Below are positions 40,574-53,110 of a stretch of 64,000 nt of DNA, in pieces. The stretch's first letter is position 1. Each line of letters begins with the position of its first letter. The stretch is from Octopus vulgaris (lineage: Eukaryota). Where the stretch lies: contig OX597817.1 in NCBI GenBank assembly GCA_951406725.2, positions 116,622,001 through 116,686,000 of the forward strand, in the 5' to 3' direction. The notes below the pieces were generated by a model, which was not told the DNA's origin, ran no database searches, and saw nothing but the letters and a program-made list of their open reading frames with translations. Made by a program: the position numbers and the translations under genes.

Positions 40574-41744
40574 CATTTCTAATATTCTGCAGGATCATAT
40601 CTATCCATGAAGAAGTATTACCATGCTTAGAAATATTTGATGATGGGTGACATGAAGGGCATCCAGCCATAAAAAATCTGCCTGAAATAAAAACTCTGAT
40701 CAACCTATGAAACCATGGGAAAGTAGACATGAAATGATAATTAAATGATGTGTGTGTGAGTAATACATCTTTTTTTGTACCTCGCTTTGTTTCAGTTATT
40801 TGCTTTGGTATCACCTTAAAGGGTTTTAGTGAAATGAATAAACCCCAGAACATCTTTTTTCTTTTCTGAAGCTTGGTATTTATTCTATCAATCTCTTCTA
40901 CTGAACTTCTATGTTATGGGGGTGTAAAGAAATCAACTTCGTTATTAAGCAGTGGTGGGAGACAAACACATGCTCATAGACACACAAACAATCCAACCAA
41001 TGCCAGCATGGAAGTGAGACGTTAAATGAAGATGATGGTAGATAGAAAGACATAATTATGTACATATATGTGGATGTATGTTTATATAAACAGATATAGG
41101 TATACAAAAATATAAACACACACACACACACACACACATATAAAAGGAGCTGTGTGGTAAGAAGCTTGCTTCCCAACCACTTGTTTCCAGATTAAGTCCC
41201 AGTACATGGCACTTAAGACAAGTGTTTTCTACTATAGCCTCAGGTTGACCAAAGCCTTGTGAGTGGTTTTGGAAGCCGAAATCTGAATGATACCTCTCAT
41301 ATAATATATAAGTGTGTGTTTTTGAGCATGTGTTTGTCCCCCACCACTACTTAATAATGAAGTTGATTTCTTTACGCCTCCAAAACATAGAAGTTCAACA
41401 GAAGAGATTGATAGAAAAAATACCAAGCTTCAGAAAAGGAAAAAATGTTCTGGGGTTTATTCATTTCACTAAAACCCTTCAAGGTGATGCCAAAGCATGA
41501 CCACAGTCAAATAACTGAAACAAAACGAGGTACAAAAAAAGATGTATTACTCTCACACACATACACACACATCATTTAATTACCATTTCATATCTAATTT
41601 ACCATGGTTTCATGGGTTGAACAGTGTTTATTTCAGGCAGATTTTTTATGGCTGGATGCCCTTAATGTCACCAATCATGAAATATTTCTAAGCATGGTAA
41701 TACTTCTTCATGGATAGATATGGTCCTGCAGAATATTAGAAATG
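40574..41744. repeat. Inverted duplication, arms about 420 bp, spacer about 325 bp
   Basis: 40574-40987 is the diverged reverse complement of 41314-41744, including a SINE/SINE junction. Confidence 0.9.
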
Positions 41745-41749
41745 GTGTA

Positions 41750-42465
41750 CAACATCAATGTACATGTTCAGGAGAGTGTAAGCATCTTGAAAGAATATTT
41801 AGGTATAAGGGGCATTAGTTGTGGTGTGCAAGAGAGACAACTGTGCTGGTATGGTCATGTGATACATATGGACGAGGACAGCTGCATATAGAAGAGCTGA
41901 TCTCTGTGGAGGAACCTGTGGTAGAGGTAGACCCAGGAAGATATGGGGCAATGTGGTGAAACATGATCTTCAAACTTTGAGCCTCACAGTAGCAACAACT
42001 AGTGACTGAGACCTTTGGCGATATGCTGTGCTTGAGAAGACTTGTCAAGCCAAGGGAAATTATAATTATGGACAAGTGAAACCATAGTCATGCTGGTGTT
42101 ATGCAACTGGCACCGATGCCAGTGGTACATAAAGAGCACCTTTCGAGCACTGGGCCTCATGGAGGCAAAGTTGCTGAGTTCCTTTCAAGTGTTGGAATTC
42201 ACAGAGGTTAAAGTTCAAAACATTTGGCATTATGTCATGCTTGAGAAGAAGACTAACCAAGCCAAGCAAAATCGCTATCGTAGTATATATTGGTATCACT
42301 CAAATGGCACTCATGCTGGTGGCATGTAAGAGCACCTATTACACTCTTGGAGTGGTTGGCATTCGGAATAACATCCAGCCATTGAAAAACCATGCCAAAT
42401 CAGACTGGAGTCTGATGGAGCCTTCTAGTTTATCAGCCCTGGTCAAACCATCCAACCTATGCAAT
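41750..42465 (+). mobile_element. RTE LINE 3' fragment
   Basis: WYGHV..GTCGRGRPRK..VKHDLQTL; homologous to 5742-6652. Confidence 0.85.
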
Positions 42466-42534
42466 GCATACGTGCATACATACATACATATGTACGTATG
42501 CACGTACATATGTAGGTACATAAATATGTATATG

Positions 42535-42594
<60 letters not shown>

Positions 42595-42606
42595 TATATG
42601 TATATA

Positions 42607-43440
42607 CAGTGTGCGATGGGTAGATTGTTGTCATTTTATAGCATTTCTTTCATGCATACACATTGTTTGTTTTTGATTTTGTCAACTACACAGTATAGTA
42701 GTGTCAGTTGGGCACCATGTGTGAGAAAAACAGCACCATGATGCAATTCAATCAGCCAGAAATTTTGAAGCAACATCGTGTACTGCTAGGCATTTGTGCC
42801 AGAAGTGATAAGGATCACAGAAAAAGTGATAGAAATCATACCGCAAGCGATAAAAATCATGCTGAGAGTGATAAAAATCGAACAACCAGTCAAAATCATG
42901 GTTTTTGAGTGATCACTAATGATGGTGATGTTATGCCATCATTTATCTTTCCACACAGACTCAAACTCAACATGGAGTCCTACATCAAGTGCCTGGAGGA
43001 GGTAGTACTGCCCTGGGTCAAGAGGGCGACTGCTGGAAGATCCTATGTCTGGGAACAGGACTCTGCACCATGCCACACAAGCAGGAGAACCCAGACATGG
43101 CTGTCAGACAATTTCTGTGACCACATTACCCCTAACATCTGGCCACCTAAGTCCTCAGACTGCAACCCGTTTGATTATTATATGTGGGGCTCACTTGAGC
43201 GGGAGACCAATAAATTTCCTTGTAATACCATAGACGAACTGAAGACAAGAATTATGGCAGCATTTACCAACTTAATGAAGAAGACCTTCCAGAAGAGATG
43301 CAGAAGATTCGGAAGTCGTGGTTGAAGTCAATGGTGATTTTACTGAATGAACTTACTCTTTAGTATTTCAAGATATTTTTATGCAATTCTGGTAAATATA
43401 TCTGTTAAAAGGAGATGTCAGTGTTATTTTCATTCTTGCA
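42607..43440 (+). mobile_element. Tc1/mariner (maT/DD37D-like) degenerate transposon
   Basis: ORF 42909-43325 YVWEQDSAPCHT..WPPKSSDCNPFDYYMWG; 5' end ta-cagtgtgc. Confidence 0.9.
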
Positions 43441-43578
43441 TAATTGATATATATATTTGCAAAATAGTGGTTTTGTCTCGAATTAATATTATATATATAT
43501 ATATATATGTATATGAATGCATATATATATATATATATGCGTTTATATACACATATATTTATTCACACACACACACAC

Positions 43579-43633
<55 letters not shown>

Positions 43634-43667
43634 AATATATATATATATACATACATATTTATGTATA

Positions 43668-44832
43668 CTAGCATTAAAGACCCGTCGTTGCCGGGTCATA
43701 GTGCTAGTGCATGTATATATGTGTATATATATGTGTACATATTACATGTACCTCTATATATGTACATCTACACATAAAATACAAAATACAAAGTTATATC
43801 TTGATATCGCTAGTGATAACAATACTCAAAATATATAACAGACTAGAATTGTTAGCCCGTCTCTTGTAATTTCGATTAATTGTATCTTGTCCTCCCTCTT
43901 GTATAGAAGTGTGGCTACAATCCAGCCTACCTCTACTTCTGGGGATGGGGGGGGGGGCATTTTAAATTTCTTTCCGGGACGTCCTACGTCCCAGATATAA
44001 AGGTAAAAATATAATATTTCCACTTTGCAATTTCGAGTCGAGTTATCCCTTGCACGCTCCGTTGACTCGAACCTTGCTTCTATTGTGGTGAATTTACCGC
44101 CTCTGATTAGTCGCACCAAGACACTTTTCGAAGGTGCTTTCCTCTATGTGTTCAAATCTTCTTTTTTCTCTACATTGTATACTTTATAGACAATAGTCTT
44201 TTCTTTAATTTAATTTTTTATTATCCATCTGGAATATTTCTGCATGCTAATTTTATTTTTAATTTATTCCCATTCATGTGACACCACTTATTCAAGTTCA
44301 AGTCATTGATGCAATTTTATACCAATTACTATTTTTACTTTTGTTATGTTACAATTATATTATACTTTAGTTTGATTTTAATTATTACTTAGTACATATA
44401 ATTCTATTTTTATTGTTATAGTGAAACTATCTGACATAAAATAAAGAAACGTTTTTGTTTCACTTTTAACACGTAATACTGAAATAGTGGAGAAGATATG
44501 ATATTGCTATGGGCTCGCTCTAGGCAAGAAGTTGAACATTTTTTTTTGCCCATGAAACTACATGGACCCTAAGTAAGGCATGTGTAAAATTTGAATGGAA
44601 TTGGTTGTGTAGTTCTCAAGCTTTAGGGAACCGTAGTGGAGAAGATATGATATTGCTGTGGGCTTGCCCTATGCAAAAAGTTAAAAATTCTTTTGCCGAT
44701 GACACTCCCCGGACCCTAAGTAAGGCATGTGTAAAATTTGAATGAAATTGGTTGTGTAGTTCTCAAGTTTTAGGGAAACACACAGACAGACAGGCATACA
44801 GACACACATTCTCAGCTTTATATATATAAAGA
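43668..44832 (-). mobile_element. Non-autonomous Helitron
   Basis: Minus strand begins A|TC (44832) and ends with hairpin gacccg..cgggtc (43679-43697) then CTAG|T; internal tandem duplication about 44485-44630 / 44633-44780. Confidence 0.8.
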
Positions 44833-45165
44833 TATATATACATATATAGATATATATACATATATATATATGTGTGTGTATATAAACATGTATATATATA
44901 TATGTTTATATACACACACATATATATATACAAATATAGATATATATACACACACACACACACAAGTGTCAACAGTTGATATATTGAAATTCAAAATATA
45001 GTAGGTTTAATAGATAAGGAAGAGATGCTTGAATTGATTTCCATCAGTGGGTTTTTGTACTTCTTCATCAATAATTTTTTTATTTAACAATTTATGCACA
45101 CCTGCATGTACGTATTAACCCATGAATATATAGTAATATATTTAGACACACACAAATATATAGAT

Positions 45166-45218
<53 letters not shown>

Positions 45219-46484
45219 AACACACACATATACACAGACATAAACACATGCACACATCTATATACATTGATATAATTATATATGCACATAAGAAACCTCT
45301 TATGCATCTGATTAAAATTAAAGAAAATCTGTCAATTAAAATAATATTTGTTTTCTTTATCCAAGAAGAATGAGACAATTTTCTTTTTTGCTTCTTTCTT
45401 CATGTCACCTCTTCATATGAATACAAGATAGTGCTACTTTTCATAGTCTTTCTGACAATTATTATGTGGCAAACATTACATGTAACAAAGTGGCAAATAC
45501 AAGCAAAATTTCTTGTTTTGGGAACATGCAATTGAAATCCCAATGTAAAAATTTATTCATGAAGTTGTTATTGAAAATTTCAAATTTCAGAGAAAGCTTC
45601 TAAATAATAGCTATATGTTAAATGTTTTTTCATAGAAGTGTACCTAATTAGAGATTTCAAATACATTATTGTTCTGAAGAGAACTGAATGCTGCAATAGA
45701 GATACAATATTCCATTGTATATTGACATATTTCTCTTCAACAAGAAAGCATGTAGACGATGTTTAGCAGCATCAGCAAATATAATTATCTTTTATTCCAT
45801 TACTTCAAATGACTGCTGGTATTAAGATGGCTGAATCAGTACCATGCCACACAAAACTGCTTAGCAGAATTTCTTTTGGCTTTACATCCTGAGTACAAAT
45901 TCCATCAAGGTCAACTTTGCCTCACAACATTTTGGGGCTGATTAATTAAGTAGCTGTCGAAATATAATTGACTATCCCATACCCACAAGATTTTAGGCCT
46001 TGTGTATATAGTAGAAAGGATTATCTCCTCCCTATTTAGGATCACAATTTGTTGATTTAAAAGAATTTTGTTAATCTTGTTTACGTGCAAAACCCTCACA
46101 ACAACAAATGCTCACACACACACAGACACATACTCTTTGTTTTGTCCTGTATTGTCCATAATGTTTTTCTTAATGTAAACCTTTGTGGTTAATAAAGAAA
46201 TCATTATTATTATTATTATTATTATTGAGTGAGGGAGCGGGTGCATGCTAGCAAAGTGACAGTGGGAAAATATTATCATCATCATCATCATCATCACCAC
46301 TACCACCACCACCATCACTAAGTTCAAATTCTGCCGAAGTCGACCCCAATGAAGTCTTCTCAATACATGGCTATGTTGGTTCCCAACTACTCCTGCTCAT
46401 ATATTGCATATATTGTCAGCCACTAGGGTACATGCTCAATTTTTTAAGGTCAAACAACTGGCAAGCAAATCTGCAGTATTGAGC

Positions 46485-46538
<54 letters not shown>

Positions 46539-47656
46539 CAGTAGTAGTAGTGGTGGTTGTGGTGGTGGTGGTGGCTGCAGCAGCAGTTATTCTTGTTTTC
46601 CTTCTTGTTTTTCTTGTTCCTGCTCTTGTTGCTATTTCTACAAGTTTACTAAAATCATGAACAAAGCCAAGAAATCACTTCAAGGAATTTGAGAGAATCC
46701 TTTCTCCAGAATATCTTGTATTTTACATTTTGATGGAACCTTTCTAGAAACTTCGCTTCTCTTGTAACATTGATGTGAGGCCACTCAATAAATCTGCTAT
46801 CTAAAACAATAGTTACCAGAGAATTCAAAGCTCAAAAATTCCTTGGGTTTCTCACTATAATTGCATTCAGCATGTTAGCATGAAAGATCAGTTATGTGCC
46901 ATGTCTTCTTTTAAAATAATCATTTGATTGTTTCTGAATATCTGACCACCTCATTTTTAGCTATATAATTTTTATGATTCAAACAAGCCATATCTGTATA
47001 CATTTGCTCAATTGGCAAGAAATAGCATCTACAATTCACTCAAATTATACTCTATCATCTTAAAATAATATGAAGCGGCCATACATATCGGACAAGAGTA
47101 TGTATTAAGATGAGTAAAAAAATAAAACAAATCAGATGATCATGGTTAATACGCTTTAACGAGATGTTTGCTCAACCAACTGAAATAGTAACAACAGCCA
47201 CTATCTTTGCGAATATGATTATTTTAGTATCTCCACTTTGAACATCATTCAAACACCAAACACCAAGTACCACATTTGAAGAACTTGAAGACTGTGAATG
47301 GCAATACCTTTACTCTATTACTGATGACAGAGATAGTTACCTGTTTGATTATGACTATACTCCGAGGTGTAAGACTTCTATGCTGCACACAAAAAAAAAA
47401 ACTCACCAAAATAACAAAGTAATTAGCAAAGATTGGCCAGTAGCCATTCAAACAAAATCACTATGTGCAATGCATAGACAGTCACCGGGAGCTATAATTA
47501 TCAAACAGACCCTAGGGAAAGCAGCTATCAAGAAAAAGAGATTGTTTTGTGCTTTACAACAGGTAAATGTTGAGAAAATGTTTTGAATACTAAGGAAGGA
47601 AAAATAACAGCAAAAAAACCAATTTAGATATTGTTCCAAACCACTAGATAAAATAT

Positions 47657-47846
47657 GTTAAGGTGCTGAAAAGTTCCTGGCTTTGAGTAAAAGAAAATAC
47701 TAAAGGATCAGTTAATTATGATTTTATTCAACACATTCCCCTCTCAGGTGCACACATTTATTGCAGCTTTTGTTCTGTTTTTCTAAGCCTCCAACCAGGT
47801 CTTTTACGATACCCTTAAAGCCAGGAACTTTTCAGCATCCTTTCGT
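47657..47846. mobile_element. Mariner-type MITE
   Basis: TIRs gtgctgaaaagttcctggcttt / aaagccaggaacttttcagcat. Confidence 0.85.
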
Positions 47847-47897
47847 AGAAGTTTCCTATCTCAATTGAATATTGTGAGCTTTCTCATTTCTTAGGTA

Positions 47898-48332
47898 TTT
47901 ACTCTTTTACTTGTTTCAGTCATGTGAGTGTGGCCATGCTGGAGCAATGTGTTTAGTCGAGGAAATCAACCCCAGGACTTATTCTTTGCAAGCCTAGTAC
48001 TTATTCTATTGGTCTCTTTTGCTGAACCACTAAGTTACAGGGATGTAAACACACCAGTGTTGATTGTCAAGCAATGTTGGGGGGACAAACATAGACACAT
48101 AAACGTACAAACACGCATACATATACACATATATACGATGGGCTTCTTTCAGTTTCCATCTAACAAATCCACTCACAAGGCTTTTGTCAGCCCGAGGTTA
48201 TAGTAGAAGACACTTACCCACGGTGCCATGAATTGGGACTGAACCCAGAACCATGTGGTTCGTAAGCAAGCTACTTACCACACAGCCACTGCTATGCCTA
48301 TAACTACTTACCACACAGCCACTCTTATGCCT
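47898..48332 (-). mobile_element. Full-length tRNA-derived SINE with duplicated 5' end
   Basis: Same family as 52697-53110; ctacttaccacacagccact..tatgcct occurs twice (48271-48332). Confidence 0.9.
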
Positions 48333-48735
48333 ATTTAATGTAAATATCCAATTATGCATAGCACCGGTCTATACTATACTATATACACAAGAGAATATAA
48401 CACTCACATATTAAATACTTTGTCAATACATAAATGCTCTATGATATTTCTCAACTGTAAAGAGTTATAAACAGCTTCCTCTTCTACTGCCTTGAATCAC
48501 ATTCTAATTTTAATAATTATGTGCAAAGGTTTCAACGGAACCAGTTTTCCTATAGATCTTTAAGCGTAAACTATAGCCTTTTGCTTTAAAAAAAGCAATG
48601 GAAACCAAATGGCTGTCCTTGAAATTAGGAACTATTTTGACTTTATCAAATAGAAGAATTTTCAAGTAAAGCTGCTTCACTTTGGGGCACATGAAACCAT
48701 GTTAAATTTATTTGGATGCATCACAATTGGTCATT

Positions 48736-48902
48736 TCATAAAAGCTGTAGTTGGTAGTATTTCAAACATTTTGCTATCAGATTATACATCTTTTCACTGT
48801 AATCATTCTCTTTTTCTCTTATCAACCAGATTGTATTTTCACTGTCAACTTTCCTATTAAGATGACATAATATAACACTTTCCCACTCCCTCTTACATAA
48901 GA
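48736..48902 (-). CDS. Candidate terminal exon of a small unknown gene
   Basis: Acceptor ttgcttttgaatacag; phase-1 compatible with the 51465 donor; open frame VLCKREWES..QLL*; AATAAA about 24 nt past the stop (48707-48712). Confidence 0.4.
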
Positions 48903-50014
48903 CTGTATTCAAAAGCAATTTAAATGGCTTTTGGCAGATGGGCACAAACTCCATTAACAGAGAAAAGACAAATTAGTTTAAAACAGCTGCAGTTAAAATC
49001 AAATACAACACCCTTCAATAAAACATTCTACACTGCTACATGATAGCCTTTTATTTGTTGTTTAACCTGCTAGAAATAGCAACATAATCTTCTTCAAATC
49101 ATACCCAGCTCTCATGAAACAGATATCAGTGTAACATTTAGTTCTAAATTATAATCATGACACTTAATCTTTTTAATTGTTATGACACAGATTAAACAGA
49201 GTTCTTCACAATGAGCATAAATGTGTATGTATAAATATATGTGTGTGTGTGTATATGTATGTATGTGTGTGTGTTTGTATGTATATCTATGTATGTATAT
49301 ATATATGTGTATATATATGTATATATATATATATATATATACACACACATACATGCATGCATGCATACATACATACATACATACATACATACATACATAC
49401 ATACATACATACATACACATATATAAATTTATCATAGGAATCAATAGAATCTACACACAACACAGAATGCAGAAATGGTTAGATGCAATAATATAGACTT
49501 CACAACGAATTAAATAATAACGTAAGTACCAAAACCAATTTAAACCAATGATTCAACTCTGGGGCTGGTTCTAGGTGTGGTGTAGATATAAAAACAGAAC
49601 ACAAATAGGGCTTTAAAATTCACATCTGTTTCAGTAGAACTTTACTGATGCATTCATAGATTGCAATCTTACAAATAATCCATCATCTTCAGGTAAAATA
49701 TTAAATAGGTAGGGTATCAAACAGGTGATGTAATACATCAAATCTTGATGAATACAAACAGTGTTGTTGGCATTACAATCAATATACTATCTCACCTGTT
49801 TGATATCATACCTGTTTAAGATTTTACCTGAACATAGTGGATTAAATGCTATCATGTAATTTATGAATACATCAATAAAATTCTACAGAAACAGCTGCCA
49901 TAAATTATAAACTCTATTTGTGTTTTCCGTATATATATATATATATATATATGTGTCTTCCGTTTATATATATATATGTATATATATGTATATATATATA
50001 TATATATATATGTG

Positions 50015-50049
<35 letters not shown>

Positions 50050-50092
50050 TTATATGTATATTTTCTGTGTTTTGAACTTTCATACATACCTT

Positions 50093-50167
50093 GTCTCTGA
50101 TGACGGAATATTCAGCATATGGACATGCTAGCCTATCACTTGGATATCCCAGAAACAGCCATAAGAC
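50093..50167 (+). ncRNA. Type-I hammerhead ribozyme relic in a PLE-type terminal repeat
   Basis: gtct-CTGATGA-c-ggaatattca..tggatatcc-ca-GAAAC-agcc-ATA-agac; stem III is mutated relative to acagctgt at 57794. Confidence 0.7.
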
Positions 50168-50896
50168 TTTTAATTCACCTTACCCTAACTAAATTATTAT
50201 AAATGACTCGAAATACTCATCCTGCCTTTGTTTTTATTGTCTTTTTCCTCTAATATTTACCTGCTAACACGAAAGTCTAATATGGATCCTTAGCTGTGAA
50301 CTTGGAAGCTAATAGATGAACAATTATAGTATTTAGCATACCTATTCATTTAGATCACTATTGAGCTATATTCTTTCTCTCTATATATATATACATATTG
50401 CTGTAAGGGCCAAATTACATACTATATGTCAAGATTGTATATTAGTGTGTGTATATACTCAGGTAACCATCATGTCATGAATAGTTCAGGTGATGGGGTT
50501 TTGCCCTTGCATAAGGTGTGAAGTGTGACCACTAGTTTTCAGACACAGTATATATTTTCACTCTTACAAAAGCTCACATAAATTTCAACAATTTAAAAGC
50601 TCACATTCTTCTAACCAAACAGACAGCTTCTTAGCTGCACATACATGTGCAAATAGATACATATGATATTAATACGCTTGTGTGGGACATGTGGTAAAGA
50701 TACTGCCACATTTCTTAAGTAACATATCACCTTTTGGTACATGCAGTATTGTGGGTGATTGTTAGAAGGAGGGATAAAGGTATGTGAGTCTTCTGGTACA
50801 ATAGCGAGGCAGAGTCCTGTAGGGGTTTCTGCTATTGAGAATAAATTTCTGGTATAGGTGGTGGGTACATATATATATATATATATATATATTATT

Positions 50897-50927
<31 letters not shown>

Positions 50928-51464
50928 GTATATACACATGTATGTATATGTAGAAAAAGAGAATGAGAGAAAGAGAGAGAGAGAGAAACAAGGAGAGCAC
51001 ATACTGCTTATGATAGATTCTCTTTTAGTAGCCAGAGATACTTAGCAACTAATTACTAATCCTACACAAGTTGTAGAATTGGATTGCAGTTTCTACAAAT
51101 AGATGGCGATTTCACTTGTAGCATATAGATATAAATTTTTGCCTACATTCAAATAAAGTCCTCTTACACAGTAAACAAACACTTAAACACTGATGCTTTA
51201 TAACTGCATAAACACTGAGGTATGTCATCTCAGAAGCTTTCTTTTTACTATTAGCACTTTACTTATTGAGCTTACCAACTCTCAACACTGCATATATCCC
51301 ATTCATAACACCTTTCATGTCAACTATATATCATAACATTAAGCACTTTTGCAACCCATTGTTACAAAGCTGTGGATCATCTCCAGCTCTTGTTCCTTAT
51401 TCTTTTAATTCAAAGGCTCATTACCAAAACATTGAAATAAATCTTAATTGTATAGTAACCTCAC

Positions 51465-51788
51465 CTGGCTGCCTTTGTAATTCTAGCTTAAAGAGATTTC
51501 TTTTCATCATAAGACACATCTTATATAATGCAGCATTTGTATGCAGATGCAACCGAGGCCAATAATTATTTTCAGAGTCATTGTCCATGTGGCTGTGTAG
51601 TAAGAACCTTTCAGCGTTGTGGCATTTGGTAAATCTATCGAATATGATGTTGACGAATGAAATCAAGCAATTTCTAGCTTGTGATCTAGAAACATGTTCA
51701 TCATTAACGGTAAGAGATTGTTCTCGTTTATTTGCTACTCCGATTTTGCGTGTGTGAATCGCAGGGTTTGTCGTATATGGAACCTCCA
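51465..51788 (-). CDS. Candidate exon of a small unknown gene (first in-frame ATG 51588)
   Basis: Open frame across 324 nt; donor CAG|gtgagg at 51465; possible acceptor ttttccattttctacaag at 51789; non-repetitive sequence. Confidence 0.45.
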
Positions 51789-51789
51789 C

Positions 51790-51960
51790 TTGTAGAAAAT
51801 GGAAAAAAACAGTCTTTGACTGCCATTTCTAATTCCTTCGGTATGCGGCGAAGCAGCCTGTTGCCCGCCCTTTTAATTATTTTTACTATATACTGAACTT
51901 TACAGAAGTTCCTGACGCTGAAATTGTCATATTTACATACCGAAATTTACCGGTAAATAA
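51790..51960. promoter_or_regulatory. CpG-enriched patch, candidate promoter
   Basis: ttcggtatgcggcgaagc, gcccgccc, ccgaaatttaccgg in an otherwise CpG-poor window, directly upstream of the candidate exon. Confidence 0.35.
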
Positions 51961-52027
51961 TTGTTGGTTGTATGAAAAACCACTGAAAAATTATTTACCA
52001 TTTTTATTGTATATATATATATATTTA

Positions 52028-52060
<33 letters not shown>

Positions 52061-52696
52061 GTATACATGTGTGTGTGTCTTTGTGTCTGCGTTTGTCTCC
52101 CCATCACGATTTGGCAACCAGTGTTGGTGAGTTTATCTCCTCATAACTTAGTGGTTCAGCAAAAGAAATCAATAAATTAAGTACTAGGCTTAAAAATCTA
52201 AGTTCCAGGGTCGATTTGTTCAACTAAAATCCTTCAATGCAGTGCTCCAGCATGGCCACCCACAAATGACTAGCACAAGTATAAAAATAAAAGAAGAGAA
52301 TGTATTTGTCTGGCAAGTGATTTAATTTGAGACCATTTATTGAAACTAAATCAATTACAGTTTGGAACTCACAAAATCTTCTCTTAAACTTTTATTATTT
52401 TTTGTCAAAATTTTTTTTCACATATTGTGATCTGGTCACTACTGACAAGGTTCCACAAAAAGGATTTTACAAAGCAAACATACAATTAAGCACTCTTAGT
52501 AGTGGACTTAAGATACATCAGCCAAGGTTGTCCCCTGTGAACTGAAATAATATTAAATTATTTCAACCAACTTGAGTTTTTCATGCTGCAATAACTAAAG
52601 AACATACAGTTGAATATAATGCAACATAGTAGCATTATTAAAGTAAACTACTATCTTGTTTTTGAATTTGAAATGAAGAATGGAAGCGTGGTAAGT

Positions 52697-53110
52697 GTGC
52701 AGGAATGGCTGTGTGGTAAGTAGCTTGCTTACCAACCACATGGTTCTGGGTTCAGTCCCACTGTGTGGCACTTTGGGCAAGTATCTTCTACTATAGCCTC
52801 GGGCCGACCAAAGCCTTGTGAATGGATTTGGTAGACGGAAACTGAAAGAAGCCTGTCGTATATATGTATATATATGTATGTGTGTGTGTTTATGTGTTTG
52901 TGTTTGTCCCCCCGCCAACATCACTTGATAACCGATGGTGGTGTGTTTACGTCCCCCGTAACTTAGCAGTTCGGCAAAAGAGACCGATAGAATAAGCACT
53001 AGGCTTATAAAGAACAAGTCCTGGAGTTGATTTGCTTGACTAAAAGCAGTGCTCCAGCATGGCCACAGTCAAATGACTGAAACAAGTAAAAGAGTTAAAG
53101 AGTAAAGAGT
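52697..53110 (+). mobile_element. Full-length tRNA-derived SINE
   Basis: A-box-like tggctgtgtggt, B-box-like gggttcagtcc, central microsatellite, (aaagagt)n tail. Confidence 0.9.

Larger units (their letters stand above)
28100..47562 (+). pseudogene. Putative highly decayed dynein heavy chain-like pseudogene, fragmented by TE insertions
   Basis: Ordered motif echoes: GGKTE and ASIFITIT..LDIPDNV (28.1-28.45k, AAA1-like); NMP/QVDE..RQFI..LQHF..P.DKTL (30.8-31.1k, AAA3-like); PDFHH..MLRIWRH (32.7-32.85k, lid); MVF..VEH and SINNI..E..NL (36.05-36.5k, AAA4-like); QFIQDLP..ENIGLEN (38.8k, AAA6 lid-like); LEDCEW (47.3k). Many stops and frameshifts; matched by eye only. Confidence 0.5.

Noticed and set aside
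43826-44119. 97-aa ORF inside the Helitron
   Set aside because: No Rep/helicase motifs or other recognisable features
47322-47350. ctgatgac as a hammerhead core
   Set aside because: No downstream GAAA or pairing stems
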